From NCBI GenBank assembly GCA_041305385.1, contig JBFYLO010000011.1, positions 8,577 through 72,576 of the forward strand: a stretch of DNA of 64,000 nt, in the 5' to 3' direction. The notes beneath the pieces are model-generated. The model worked only from the letters and a program-made list of their open reading frames with translations. It had not been told where the DNA came from and searched no databases. The position numbers were made by a program, and so were the translations under genes. Below are positions 36,363 to 45,766 of the stretch, in pieces (position 1 is the stretch's first letter; every line of letters starts with the position of its first letter). This stretch comes from Candidatus Micrarchaeota archaeon. Its GTDB lineage: Archaea > Micrarchaeota > Micrarchaeia > Burarchaeales > JAKAKT01.

Positions 36363-36437
36363 GTCAATTGCGCGAAAAGGGAAAAGCCTCTCTTTAGCTG
36401 AAATTAGGGTCCACTTAGTTTTTAGGGGGCACGGACG

Positions 36438-36498
36438 CTTGGTGGGAAGCGCTCTGCCTGACTGAGGAGAGGGCGTTTCCGCGGAAACAAGGCGCGCC
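36438..36498. repeat. Left copy of a ~65-bp imperfect direct repeat bracketing the HEPN/MNT cassette
   Basis: GGTGGGAAGCGCTCTGCCTGACTGAGGAGAGGGCGTTTCCGCGGAAAC... Its counterpart is at 37531-37597 (GAGTGGAAAGTGCTCTGCCTGACCGCCGAAGGAGACTGCATTTCCTAGGAAT...). The shared core is GCTCTGCCTGAC, and each copy has an internal palindrome (GTTTCCGCGGAAAC vs TTCCTAGGAA). Confidence 0.45.
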
Positions 36499-36933
36499 TT
36501 ACTTTTTCAGGAGCTTCTCCCTTATCCTCTGCACGAACTTCGTGGCATTTTCAAGTGCGCGCCTTGCCTCGTCATCTCCTACGCTGCCAATGGCTTCCCC
36601 ATACATCACATCGTGCCTTCTCACCCTGTAATTGTCAAACATCCTGTGTGGCCCGCCGCTCTCATCGGGCATTACTGCAGAGCAAAACTTCACCACGGTG
36701 ACATGGTGCGCTTCAGATAATGGTGCGTACCCCTTGGCAGCCATCAGCGCGCGCCCGGCGGACAGCATGGCGTTGTAGGCGATGGCAAGCGCCCAATCGG
36801 GGTTCCCCCCTTTCAGGTTGTCATTTGCCGCCTTCAGGTCCTTTTGTGCAACAGAAATCAGGCTTTGCGCCTTCTCCGGGTCAGGCTCCACCTTTTTTAC
36901 CATGCGATCTTTCAACAAGTCCGACAAATTCAT
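36499..36933 (-). CDS. HEPN-domain protein (toxin component of a HEPN/MNT pair)
   Basis: HEPN fold helices with a conserved R..H-like region (RHDVMYG). It is positioned immediately downstream of, and overlapping, the nucleotidyltransferase gene. Confidence 0.7.
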   Translation of the reverse strand: MNLSDLLKDRMVKKVEPDPEKAQSLISVAQKDLKAANDNLKGGNPDWALAIAYNAMLSAGRALMAAKGYAPLSEAHHVTVVKFCSAVMPDESGGPHRMFDNYRVRRHDVMYGEAIGSVGDDEARRALENATKFVQRIREKLLKK

Positions 36934-37486
36934 CGTAATCGCCCTCCAGCCATGCCACGCCCTTTTTCACGATGTCTCGAAGAAAGGGGCTTCCGTCGCG
37001 AAGCTTCTTTTGGAAGTCGCCCCAGCTCCAGTGAATGTAATTGACCTCCCTGGAGATTCTCCCACCTGCCTGGAACATGCGCCGCGAAAGCTCCCCATCA
37101 TCGCAGTCCCCGATAACCATCACGTCAATGTCGCTTCCAGCTGCTTCCTTCCCGCTTGCCATGCTCCCGAAGACAAAGGCGTACCTGACAGCCGCCAGCT
37201 TTGCAAGCGCCACCTTCAGCTCTCCGAAAGCGCCGTCAGTCTTGAGGTAAAGCCCGCGCATTTCGGGGTATACCGGAGACCTTCTGTCTGGATAAAAAAA
37301 GACCTGTCTCCCCTTCTTTTCCCTTTTCAGGAGGCCCATCCATTCAAAAAGCGCAAGCTCGCGAGCTGCTTCTGATGGAGAGACGCCTGCCCTCCTTGCA
37401 ACCTCCCGAAGGTGCAACCCCTCCTGGAAAAGGGCGACCCCCAGTACCTTGGCCCTGGCAGAGGAGCCGAGCAGTTTTTCAAGCAT
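36881..37486 (-). CDS. Minimal nucleotidyltransferase (MNT) with N-terminal wHTH (antitoxin component of a HEPN/MNT pair)
   Basis: NTase motif GSMASGKEAAGSDIDVMVI (GS...DxD) and an N-terminal HTH GLHLREVARRAGVSPSEAAREL. It overlaps the HEPN gene by 53 nt. Confidence 0.7.
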   Translation of the reverse strand: MLEKLLGSSARAKVLGVALFQEGLHLREVARRAGVSPSEAARELALFEWMGLLKREKKGRQVFFYPDRRSPVYPEMRGLYLKTDGAFGELKVALAKLAAVRYAFVFGSMASGKEAAGSDIDVMVIGDCDDGELSRRMFQAGGRISREVNYIHWSWGDFQKKLRDGSPFLRDIVKKGVAWLEGDYDEFVGLVERSHGKKGGA

Positions 37487-37530
37487 GTTCTTTATTTAGA
37501 CACAATTGTCCTTTTAAAGTTAACGATATT

Positions 37531-37597
37531 GGCCGAGTGGAAAGTGCTCTGCCTGACCGCCGAAGGAGACTGCATTTCCTAGGAATTCGGCAAACGC
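37531..37597. repeat. Right copy of the direct repeat bracketing the HEPN/MNT cassette
   Basis: See the left copy at 36438-36498: about 70% identity over ~65 bp in the same orientation. Confidence 0.45.
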
Positions 37598-37980
37598 TAT
37601 CTGTTCGACTTAGATTTTTTTAAAAGGGGTTGCGCCATCATAAATCCAGAATAGATGACGCCTAACAAAATTATCGCTTCTAGAGGACCATACAATGGAT
37701 AATACAAAAAAAAGTAACTTCTTGGTTCATAATTGCAGCAGCAGGGAGATTCTGAGGCTTTCCGCGGGCATGGCAGTTTGTCAGCCCCTTTTTCGCATTC
37801 AACTATCGAATCGACTCTCTCTTCGCACCATCGCTCACATTCTGGGCCAATCATGCACTGTAAATTACTAGTTGAACCAGCACTGGAATTATGCAAAAAC
37901 ACCAGAACAGAATTCAGAAATATGAACATGGCCAATGTCAGCAAAGCAAGCTTCCAGTTCAGATAATGCGTCAGATGCAC
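37597..37980 (-). CDS. Cys-rich small membrane protein, hypothetical
   Basis: Two terminal TM helices flank a Cys-rich loop (CMIGPECERWCEERVDSIVECEKGADKLPCPRKASESPCCC). It lies in an AT-rich stretch. Confidence 0.35.
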   Translation of the reverse strand: MHLTHYLNWKLALLTLAMFIFLNSVLVFLHNSSAGSTSNLQCMIGPECERWCEERVDSIVECEKGADKLPCPRKASESPCCCNYEPRSYFFLYYPLYGPLEAIILLGVIYSGFMMAQPLLKKSKSNR

Positions 37981-38194
37981 GTATTCTTATGGGCAACCCG
38001 GATTAAAACCTTGCTACGGTCTGCTAACTTTAGTTGCATCAGACCGCCTGTCTATCCTCATCGCCTGCGAGGGCTTGGAGATCACCTTCGTCATCATCTG
38101 CGGTTAACTTTGCAAACGTAGAATATATCTCTTCTGCGGTCGCCAACCCCATCTTTATTAATTAAACCGGCATAAACCGTCCGGGGTTGATTTT

Positions 38195-38911
38195 ATGGAG
38201 AAACCAGTTCATCTATTAGTTGTGCTTCTAGTCAGTGCCGTTCTTCTGTTCGGCTGCAGCCAGCCGCAGCAGACAGGCGATTCCCAGCAACCGGGAACAA
38301 ATTCTCTTCCGACAGGAGCCAATGAAAATACCGGAGTGGCCCCGCAACAGCCCTCTTCAGTAAACCAGCCAACTGCAAAGCCCACTGAGCCGAAGCCGAC
38401 TGAGACCCAATCCAAGGACTTCAGCAGTCTCTACTCATACTCCTCGCTCACAAGCTACGAATACAGGGTAACCGCCACTTCCGAAACCGGCCAGAGTTCA
38501 GTGACAAACCTCAAGACCAAGGTTTCCTCAGACGCTTACAAGGGGACCCCGGCTTGGCTCACCCAGACCGACATGAGCACTGAAGGGACTTCTGTCATGA
38601 CAAAACTGTGGGTCGATAAAAAGACAAACGCCTGCCTTGCTACCAAGAGCGTTATAAATTACGGCGGGCAGACAATGGAGAACGAGGCGCCCTGCCCCAC
38701 CGAAGGCCCCAATTCCGCTTCGGGAACATCGGGAACCGAATCCAAAAAGCTGAAATACGAGGGAATAGAGTCAGTTTCAGTTCCCGCAGGCACGTTCCAG
38801 GCGGAGAAATATTCAATTCAGGGCTCTTATTACTGGACAAGTGCGAGCGTTCCGATACCAGTGAAGATGACATACGGGACAACTAAGATGGAACTCGTCT
38901 CCTACTCTTAG
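38195..38911 (+). CDS. Secreted Ser/Thr-rich lipoprotein-like protein, hypothetical
   Basis: Signal peptide with lipobox-like LLFGCS, followed by a long low-complexity S/T/P/Q-rich linker and a beta-rich C-terminal domain. Confidence 0.5.
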   Translation: MEKPVHLLVVLLVSAVLLFGCSQPQQTGDSQQPGTNSLPTGANENTGVAPQQPSSVNQPTAKPTEPKPTETQSKDFSSLYSYSSLTSYEYRVTATSETGQSSVTNLKTKVSSDAYKGTPAWLTQTDMSTEGTSVMTKLWVDKKTNACLATKSVINYGGQTMENEAPCPTEGPNSASGTSGTESKKLKYEGIESVSVPAGTFQAEKYSIQGSYYWTSASVPIPVKMTYGTTKMELVSYS

Positions 38912-38912
38912 T

Positions 38913-39593
38913 TCAGAGGAACAGTGCAACGGAATAAGCCCCGAGAGCGATGAACACAAGAGTGAACATCGTGCACCCGAGCAGAAGCGCAGTGTTCAGG
39001 GAGTCGAAGACCCCCCCGAGGTCCCTCTTTGCCTTTGCGAGGTCGCTCTTTGCTTTCGAAAGGTCGTCCCGCACCGCCTTTATCCCCTGCTGCGACTCCT
39101 TCATGGACGATGAAACCGATGAGAGCGAGTCAGCCTGCCCCCCTAGCGAATTCGAAGAGGAATAGAGGCTCTGCGCAGCTGATTTCAGGGAGGTTGAGGC
39201 GTCGCTTCCGCCTGGAAGAGAGGAGGCCTGGGTTGCAAGCTCGTCAATTCCATCGGCCAGCTCCTTGGTGCTGGAGGAGTAACCCTGGAATCCAGCGGAA
39301 AGGTCTTCAGTTAATCCTGGGACAGTGTTCATCGCATTATATGCGCCCTGCAGGCTCTTGTCCAGGTTGTTCACAGCGCTCGATGCAGTGTCCAGCTGCG
39401 AGAGCGTGCTCTCCCTAAGCGTATTGATTGACGGGGAAAGGGTCAGGTAAACCAGCACTACCAGCACCAAGCCTACGAATGAGGCGAATACCCCGACTCC
39501 GGCGAAACCGTAGCGGGCCCATTTCCCCAGTCCCTTGAATCCGGCTCCGCCTTCAGTTTCCTTTCCGTTTTCTTGGTTTTCCTCTTGTGGCAT
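38913..39593 (-). CDS. Bitopic membrane protein with long Ser/Ala-rich coiled-coil-like ectodomain, hypothetical
   Basis: TM segments near both termini. The start is uncertain: an internal ATG at 39593, or 39644 in the ORF track. It overlaps the 3' end of the NHL gene in another frame. Confidence 0.4.
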   Translation of the reverse strand: MPQEENQENGKETEGGAGFKGLGKWARYGFAGVGVFASFVGLVLVVLVYLTLSPSINTLRESTLSQLDTASSAVNNLDKSLQGAYNAMNTVPGLTEDLSAGFQGYSSSTKELADGIDELATQASSLPGGSDASTSLKSAAQSLYSSSNSLGGQADSLSSVSSSMKESQQGIKAVRDDLSKAKSDLAKAKRDLGGVFDSLNTALLLGCTMFTLVFIALGAYSVALFL

Positions 39594-41472
39594 AGTAAAC
39601 AACCACCACTGCGACAAGCAGCAGCACCAGAACTCCAATCCCAATTATCGTTAGCTGGTTGGTTCTGTCAATTCCAGCTCTCGCGCCATCGATGGAATCA
39701 AGGGCGCTTTTCACCTTCTCAACAGCCCCGTCCGGGTCCCTGTCGAGCATCGCTTCGGCCTCGCTTAGCCGCTTCTCTGCAGGGGACATGTCAGGCTTGA
39801 AGAAATAAGACATTCCATAGGTTTTGCTCAGCTCCTGCCGGGCAGCCGAGAGCTTCCCCCTCGCTGATTCAACCCTGGCCGCATGGCCCTGGAGAAGGAG
39901 CTTGGCGACATTAATCTTTCCCTTCGCAGCTGAGAGCTTCTCCCTGCACTGGCCGAAGTCATAGGAGTTGCAGGACTCGCGCGCAGCATCGAGAGCCGAG
40001 GTTATTTCGGTGAAGTTGATGTCAAGGATATAGCCAGATGCCGAAGCAGAGACTTCTGACAACTCGTTCTGGGCGTCGGAGATCGCGAGCAGAAGTTCGC
40101 TCTTGGTCGTGGAGCTTTCCCCGGAAGAGCCGGAGACAGAAGCCTTGAATTCGAGGACCCTGGGATGGAGGGCAGTTGAGTTGAAGGCCGCGTCATAGTA
40201 TTTGCCAGCATCCAGCATCGCCTGTATCCTGATAATCTCAGCCCTAAGGGAGCTTGAGTCAACATTCAGGTTATACCTAGATGCTTCCTGGTCCGCCAGG
40301 TCCAATGCCTGTTCATCCCCAAGGGTTATCCTGAGAACCTCCGTATGTATGCTCGAGGCAAGGCTCGCGTTGAGCTTTTCAGTCTCGGAGACCGATTGGG
40401 TTGCATTGAAATAGGCATTCGAGAATCTTCCCCCAGCGAACTCGGACCGCGCCTTCTCCAGGAGCGACCCGCCCAGGTCTTCAAACGAGAACCCGAGGTG
40501 CGTGGCTGCGGAAATTCTGCTGCTGAGCGAACTGTGCCGGGCCTCGGCAACCTCGATTTTTTTGGACGCCTCGCCCTGGGTCTGGTAATACGGTATGTAC
40601 TGGAATATCTGTATTACGGCGTGTCCGGAGTCTGCCACGTAAAGTTTACCCGAAGACTCAACACGAATCCCGACTGGCTGCGAGAAAGAAGTCCAGGGGC
40701 TTCCGTTCATTCGGTCAACGCACCGGTAATCCTTGTCGAATACCACTATCCGATCATTTTCGGAATCCGAGACGAAGATGAATCCCTCATCGCTTACGGC
40801 GACTCCCCGGGGCGAGTTCAGAACGCATTCATAGGAGCCCCTTATGGAACTCACCTGGGAGCCGTTCAAATTGAAAATCTGGACCCGGTTGTTTCCCCTG
40901 TCCGCCACGTAGATGAGGCCGTTCTTTATTTCTATCCCAGCGGGCTCGCTCAGCTGCCCTTCGCCGAATCCCCTGGAACCGATTTTTCCCGCATAGGTCC
41001 TGTCCTTCAGGTCGAAAAGTTTGATTATTCCCCTGCCGGTGTCCGAGACATACATCAGGTTCCCAAGGACCGCGACTCCGGATGGGATGTTGAAGGAATA
41101 GGCGTCCGAATCAGACACCGAGAAGCCGTTCGAGTAAAGCCAGTTGTCGTAAACCACCACATCGTTAGTGCCCGTGCTTGCGACATACACCTTGTTGTTA
41201 TCTGCGAACCAGAACGCCTTGGGGTAAAGCATCTTGCCGAGTGCCGCGCCACTTATTATCTTGTTGGGCTCGCCCTTGTAGAACTCGACCACCCTGCTGT
41301 TGCCGGTATCGAGCACATAGAGGTAATCCCCGCTCGGTTGCACGTCAGAAGGCGAGGAGAGGTTGATCCACTTCCCAGTGTCCTTTATGTAAACCTTTCC
41401 AACATAGCTGAACTCCGCGTAGGGACAGAAGGCAAGCAGTAGAAGCATGGCAAGCGCAACCCAGTTCCTCAT
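39553..41472 (-). CDS. Cell-surface NHL-repeat (six-bladed beta-propeller) protein with coiled-coil stalk and C-terminal TM anchor
   Basis: N-terminal signal peptide. Repeated NHL motifs include YVLDTGNSRVVEF, YVSDTGRGIIKLFD, YVADRGNNRVQIF, FVSDSENDRIVVFD and YVADSGHAVIQIF. A ~250-aa helical region follows, then a C-terminal TM plus KRKG tail. Confidence 0.75.
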   Translation of the reverse strand: MRNWVALAMLLLLAFCPYAEFSYVGKVYIKDTGKWINLSSPSDVQPSGDYLYVLDTGNSRVVEFYKGEPNKIISGAALGKMLYPKAFWFADNNKVYVASTGTNDVVVYDNWLYSNGFSVSDSDAYSFNIPSGVAVLGNLMYVSDTGRGIIKLFDLKDRTYAGKIGSRGFGEGQLSEPAGIEIKNGLIYVADRGNNRVQIFNLNGSQVSSIRGSYECVLNSPRGVAVSDEGFIFVSDSENDRIVVFDKDYRCVDRMNGSPWTSFSQPVGIRVESSGKLYVADSGHAVIQIFQYIPYYQTQGEASKKIEVAEARHSSLSSRISAATHLGFSFEDLGGSLLEKARSEFAGGRFSNAYFNATQSVSETEKLNASLASSIHTEVLRITLGDEQALDLADQEASRYNLNVDSSSLRAEIIRIQAMLDAGKYYDAAFNSTALHPRVLEFKASVSGSSGESSTTKSELLLAISDAQNELSEVSASASGYILDINFTEITSALDAARESCNSYDFGQCREKLSAAKGKINVAKLLLQGHAARVESARGKLSAARQELSKTYGMSYFFKPDMSPAEKRLSEAEAMLDRDPDGAVEKVKSALDSIDGARAGIDRTNQLTIIGIGVLVLLLVAVVVVYYATRGKPRKRKGN

Positions 41473-41523
41473 GACCGGTTATTTCCCGATAACCCTTAAA
41501 ACCCTTGCCTATGAAATCCACTC

Positions 41524-42237
41524 ATGGCAGACGCATCAATCATAATACCTTCTCTTAACGAAGGAAAGAACATCGAAGCGTGCCTGAAGGCAGCCAGGGC
41601 CCAGAAGACCAGACTGGACTATGAAATCGTGGTTTCGGATGGCGGGAGCACAGACAACACGCGGGAAATCGCCGGGAAATATGCCGACAAGATGATAACA
41701 GCAAAGCAGCGCGGGATATGGATTGGCAGGAACAAGGGCGCAGAGGCCTCAAGCGGAAAGACTTACATTTTCATCGATGCGGACACCGTAATCCCGCCCA
41801 ATTACATCGATTCGGTGTTTCCGATTCTCCAGGGCCCCGGGATATCGGGCCTCTCCTGCGCCTTCGTATTCTCGGACAGGAACACCAAGCTCAAGATTAT
41901 AGAGGAAATATGCAACGAATACCTGCTGTTCAGGGGCTCTTTTGGAAAGGGCGAGCTCCTCGGCTTCAATGCAGTGGTCCCAAAGAAGTATTTCAAGAAG
42001 GCAGGTGGCTTTCCCAATGCCCCGCTCGAGGACGGGGCGCTTGCGATAAAGCTCAGGAGGTTGGGCAGGCTCGTTTTCCTCCCAGAGCCAAAGGTGACGA
42101 CCAGTTCCAGGAGAATTGAAAAGCAGGGAATCCTAAAATCAACCCTATACTATTCGCAGATAGCACTCAAGAGCTCGCTTCCCAAATCCCCGCTCGAGAG
42201 GCTCCTTCTCTACAGGGACTACGTGCCCATCAGGTGA
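41524..42237 (+). CDS. Glycosyltransferase family 2 (GT-A, dolichyl-phosphate sugar synthase-like)
   Basis: IIIPSLNEGKNI, VVSDGGSTDNT and FIDADT (DxD). Confidence 0.8.
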   Translation: MADASIIIPSLNEGKNIEACLKAARAQKTRLDYEIVVSDGGSTDNTREIAGKYADKMITAKQRGIWIGRNKGAEASSGKTYIFIDADTVIPPNYIDSVFPILQGPGISGLSCAFVFSDRNTKLKIIEEICNEYLLFRGSFGKGELLGFNAVVPKKYFKKAGGFPNAPLEDGALAIKLRRLGRLVFLPEPKVTTSSRRIEKQGILKSTLYYSQIALKSSLPKSPLERLLLYRDYVPIR

Positions 42238-43431
42238 TTAGAACTCAGTGAGCCTTCTCTGCTTCAGCACAAAACTTTCCTCAATGTATTTTCTCATCGG
42301 GACCCGAAGGCGGGAGGCGATATCTGCTAACGCTTCCTCTCTTGTCCCGAACTTCTTCCCTCCATTCTCGAATGCCTTTCTGACAGTCTCCCTTATCACC
42401 CAGACCCCCATAGGAAGCATGTATCCTTCGTAAATCTCCCTGAAAACCATAACCCTCGCCTGCCTTTTCATCCCCCCGAGCCCCTCGCAAACCCCAAACC
42501 GCGCAGCGTAATAGCCTCCCCCCTGCTTGTCCGCGTATTTCGTCCTCCCCGAATAGGGCTCCCTCTCTTCTATCACCTTGTAGGCATCCGCCCCCTGGGT
42601 CCACACCGTCCCAGGGGCCCAGGCCTCGAATCCCTCGTATTCCCAGGCCCCAGGCATCAGCAAAATTTCGAAGTGGTTGTGCAGGTATTCGTTGGAGAAC
42701 ACCATAAACTCGCCAAGTTCCCGGTGGTCCCGAATTTTCTCCATCAGCCCCTTTGCTAGCATGTCATCGGTTGCAGTGATTCCCCACCTGGTTGGCACGA
42801 GCTTCCTGTCAGCCGGCTTCCCGAGAATCCCTGCAGTCAGGAGCTTCATAAGGTAATAGTTTTCATAGCCTTTCGAGGAAAGCTCCCTAACCGCTTCATC
42901 CGCCTTCATCCCTTCCCCGACAACCGAGTCGACTTTCCTCGGGATGTAGGGGTTATCAGCAACCCTCATCCTGTCGAGAGGCGCCACTGCGCCCATTGGC
43001 TGGAGGATTCCAGAGAAGCTCATGTTGAAGAACGGCTTCTTGGTGAACCTGACCTCCATGTCGACGCTTTTCAGCGACATCACTGCTTCCTGGGCCTCGA
43101 GAACGAGCCGCTCCCTGGTTTTCACGTGCTGGGGCTTGCTGCCCCGCACGAGCATGGACCTCTGCCTTATCACTTCCCCGTACTCCAGTCCATACCAGTC
43201 CCTCGGGGTGTCGCTGTTGTCCCCCAGGGACACCATGGGCCCCCAGCTCACCACCGGGTAGTTGAAGTGACCAACGAAGACATTCGGAGGGGACGGGCCG
43301 AACACCTCCTGCTTCATCTCAGGCGCAGCTGAGAGCTGGTAGTTCAGTTTCTGGAGGTGCGGGCAGAACTCGAGGCCGCAGAGCCTCTTCGAACCCTTGC
43401 AGGTGACGCACATCGAGTAATCGGGCTTCAT
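42238..43431 (-). CDS. nreA: DNA repair protein NreA (archaeal Nre family)
   Basis: N-terminal Cys cluster MCVTCKGSKRLCGLEFCP and Nre-family length. ATG at 43431 is preceded by GGGGAAACG; the ORF-track start at 43503 would overlap the divergent neighbour. Confidence 0.65.
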   Translation of the reverse strand: MKPDYSMCVTCKGSKRLCGLEFCPHLQKLNYQLSAAPEMKQEVFGPSPPNVFVGHFNYPVVSWGPMVSLGDNSDTPRDWYGLEYGEVIRQRSMLVRGSKPQHVKTRERLVLEAQEAVMSLKSVDMEVRFTKKPFFNMSFSGILQPMGAVAPLDRMRVADNPYIPRKVDSVVGEGMKADEAVRELSSKGYENYYLMKLLTAGILGKPADRKLVPTRWGITATDDMLAKGLMEKIRDHRELGEFMVFSNEYLHNHFEILLMPGAWEYEGFEAWAPGTVWTQGADAYKVIEEREPYSGRTKYADKQGGGYYAARFGVCEGLGGMKRQARVMVFREIYEGYMLPMGVWVIRETVRKAFENGGKKFGTREEALADIASRLRVPMRKYIEESFVLKQRRLTEF

Positions 43432-43477
43432 CGTTTCCCCCAGTAGGTTTTTGTTATTAACTATAATATAATTTGGC

Positions 43478-44371
43478 ATGGGCTTTTTCGAGCAGTATTT
43501 CATCCAGCCGATTTGGGACAGGACCGGCTACAACCCTGTGAACACAATCACCTACGGCATCATCGCGCTCCTCGCTGCCTATGGGATGTACCTGGTTCTC
43601 AAGAAGGAAAAAATCCACATCGACCAGAAGTTCGTCCTCTCAATCATTCCGTTCATTCTCCTCGGCTCGACCATCCGCTCGGTTGTGGATGCCGTGGACA
43701 GGGGGGCGATGGGCGCCCACAGGGATGCGCTGTTCGGCCTGCTCGGCGCAGTCCAGGATTCGCACATCTATGACTATGGTTACATCACAGTCACCCCAGG
43801 CATTTACGTGGTCATCGGGCTCCTCACCTTCTTCTCAGTCCTCATCGCCAACCGCCTGAAAAAGCCGATGCTCGCCCCTGTTTTCGGTTTAATTTTATGG
43901 ATTCCACACATAGTGATTCTCCTGCCCATGATGGCCTACTGGGTTTACGGGCTTCTCGTGATGGCTCTCGCATTCCTGGGAGGGCTTGCCGGATATTTCT
44001 ACCTCAAGCGGGCAGGAGTCAGGCCCTTTGCTTCTCTTGTAGTCTTCTCCCACGCATTCGACGGTGCCGCAACCTACATCACAATCAACATATGGAACAA
44101 GTTCGAGCCAGCATGCTTCAAGCTCGGGCACTGCTATGGGGAGCAGCACGTGGTCTCAGCAGGGCTCGGGGATTTCGGGAACATGCTGTTCGCCCCCATA
44201 GGCGGCTACTTCCTCTTCTTCCTCGTAAAGCTCCTCTTCTCCACTGTTGCAGCAGAGGTTACTGAGAAGGATGCGAAGGGGGAGGAGAGGGATTTCATCA
44301 TCCTCCTGCTCATAATTTTCGGCCTCGCCCCAGGGGTTAGGGATATCCTCACATTAATGACAGGTGCCTGA
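43478..44371 (+). CDS. Archaeal polytopic membrane protein (DUF63-like), hypothetical
   Basis: Seven to eight TM segments; the assignment is tentative. Confidence 0.4.
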   Translation: MGFFEQYFIQPIWDRTGYNPVNTITYGIIALLAAYGMYLVLKKEKIHIDQKFVLSIIPFILLGSTIRSVVDAVDRGAMGAHRDALFGLLGAVQDSHIYDYGYITVTPGIYVVIGLLTFFSVLIANRLKKPMLAPVFGLILWIPHIVILLPMMAYWVYGLLVMALAFLGGLAGYFYLKRAGVRPFASLVVFSHAFDGAATYITINIWNKFEPACFKLGHCYGEQHVVSAGLGDFGNMLFAPIGGYFLFFLVKLLFSTVAAEVTEKDAKGEERDFIILLLIIFGLAPGVRDILTLMTGA

Positions 44372-45118
44372 ATGTTGACTCTCATCGGAATTGGAATCTG
44401 GAACGAAAAGGACATTTCAGTCAGGGGGCTTGAGGAGCTGAAGAAGTGCGAATTGGCTTTCGCAGAGAGATACACCCATTTCGGGGATAAGGAGACAATA
44501 ACAAAACTCGAGAACCTCGCGAACAAAAAAATAAAAATTCTCTCGAGGGAGGAGGTTGAGGGGGAAGAGAGGATTCTCGAGAGAGCGAAAGACAGTTCCG
44601 TGGTTCTTCTTGTCGGCGGGGACCCGATGATTTCGACAACCCACATCTCACTAGTTCTTTCTGCCCGCAAGAAAGGAATCGAAACAAGAATCATCCACTC
44701 CTCCTCAATCTTCACTGCCGCAGTCGGGGAGAGCGGGCTGCAGATTTACAAGTTCGGGAAAACCGTTACTCTGCCCTTTTGGAGGGAGAATTACAAGCCC
44801 ACCAGCACTTATGACGTAATCTCCCAGAACAAATCACTCGGCCTGCACACGATGGTCTTCCTGGACATTGCGGAAAAAATGATGGACGCGAAAGAGGCAT
44901 TAGAGCTGCTCGCAAAAATGGAAAAATTAAAAAAAGGGAAAATCGCCAGGCCCCGGGATTCAGCCGTGGTTCTGAGCAGGATTGGAAGCGGGGAGCAGAA
45001 AATCAGTTTTGGAAAAATTGGAGAGCTTTTGAAGCAGGACTTGGGGAAGCCTCCGTTCATATTAATTTTCCCCGGGAAGCTCCATTTCCTGGAGGAAGAG
45101 GGACTGCATGCTTTTTAA
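44372..45118 (+). CDS. dph5: Diphthine synthase (diphthamide biosynthesis methyltransferase)
   Basis: MLTLIGIGIWNEKDISVRGLE, GGDPMISTTH, LQIYKFGKTVTLPF and the PPFILIFPGKLHFLEEE tail match Dph5 end to end. Confidence 0.88.
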   Translation: MLTLIGIGIWNEKDISVRGLEELKKCELAFAERYTHFGDKETITKLENLANKKIKILSREEVEGEERILERAKDSSVVLLVGGDPMISTTHISLVLSARKKGIETRIIHSSSIFTAAVGESGLQIYKFGKTVTLPFWRENYKPTSTYDVISQNKSLGLHTMVFLDIAEKMMDAKEALELLAKMEKLKKGKIARPRDSAVVLSRIGSGEQKISFGKIGELLKQDLGKPPFILIFPGKLHFLEEEGLHAF

Positions 45119-45162
45119 AGCCTAAAACGCATAATACATTACTTATTCTCAGAGGTGTTTAT

Positions 45163-45678
45163 GTGGGAGAAAACAAGATAAGAATAGCAATAGTGGACCC
45201 TTTTAATGTCGCTCCGCCTGAACTTAGGGCAATTCTTGACGACTCCGGAAAGTTCGAAATAACGCACACATACCCTACAAATACCCACTCCCACCTAGTC
45301 GATTTGGCAATTGCAGTTGTCCCAAAAGGGAAAACAACCGCAGACATTGGCTATAGGAGGCAGATGCAAAATTTATCGCACAGGTTTTCTGACTCTGGAG
45401 TCTCTGTGCTGTTTGTGGCAAGCACAAAACTTGCAACAGGCCTTTCCTTGGCTCCGTTCATCACCCCAGAAGAAATTCAGTCCAAACCGAATGATTTTTT
45501 GGCTATGGTCGAGGGCCTAATCAAAAAGAAAGAGACCGGCGGGATGAGCGGGGGTTCGCTCGATAAAGACCCAAGCACAAGACATTTCATGAGGGGCCTA
45601 AATCAAGACCCATCCTGCGGGAGGCATCTGAAAACCCAACCCCATGGCCCGCCGAAGTGGCTCAAACAGAGATGGTAG
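45163..45678 (+). CDS. Hypothetical protein
   Basis: 171-aa ORF with no recognised domain. Confidence 0.3.
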   Translation: MGENKIRIAIVDPFNVAPPELRAILDDSGKFEITHTYPTNTHSHLVDLAIAVVPKGKTTADIGYRRQMQNLSHRFSDSGVSVLFVASTKLATGLSLAPFITPEEIQSKPNDFLAMVEGLIKKKETGGMSGGSLDKDPSTRHFMRGLNQDPSCGRHLKTQPHGPPKWLKQRW

Positions 45679-45766
45679 TCCAGAAAGGGAACGGTCTAAG
45701 GAGTGGTTATGCGACTGATAACATGCCGGAAGCCAACATCCGCGCAGGAGGATGACCATCTTTTAA

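Noticed and set aside
36420-36498. Possible tRNA, tRNA fragment or C/D-box sRNA in the repeat flanking the HEPN gene
   Set aside because: The sequence has no GTTCRANYC T-loop, no cloverleaf could be formed, and there is no RUGAUGA C box. It is kept as a direct-repeat observation instead.
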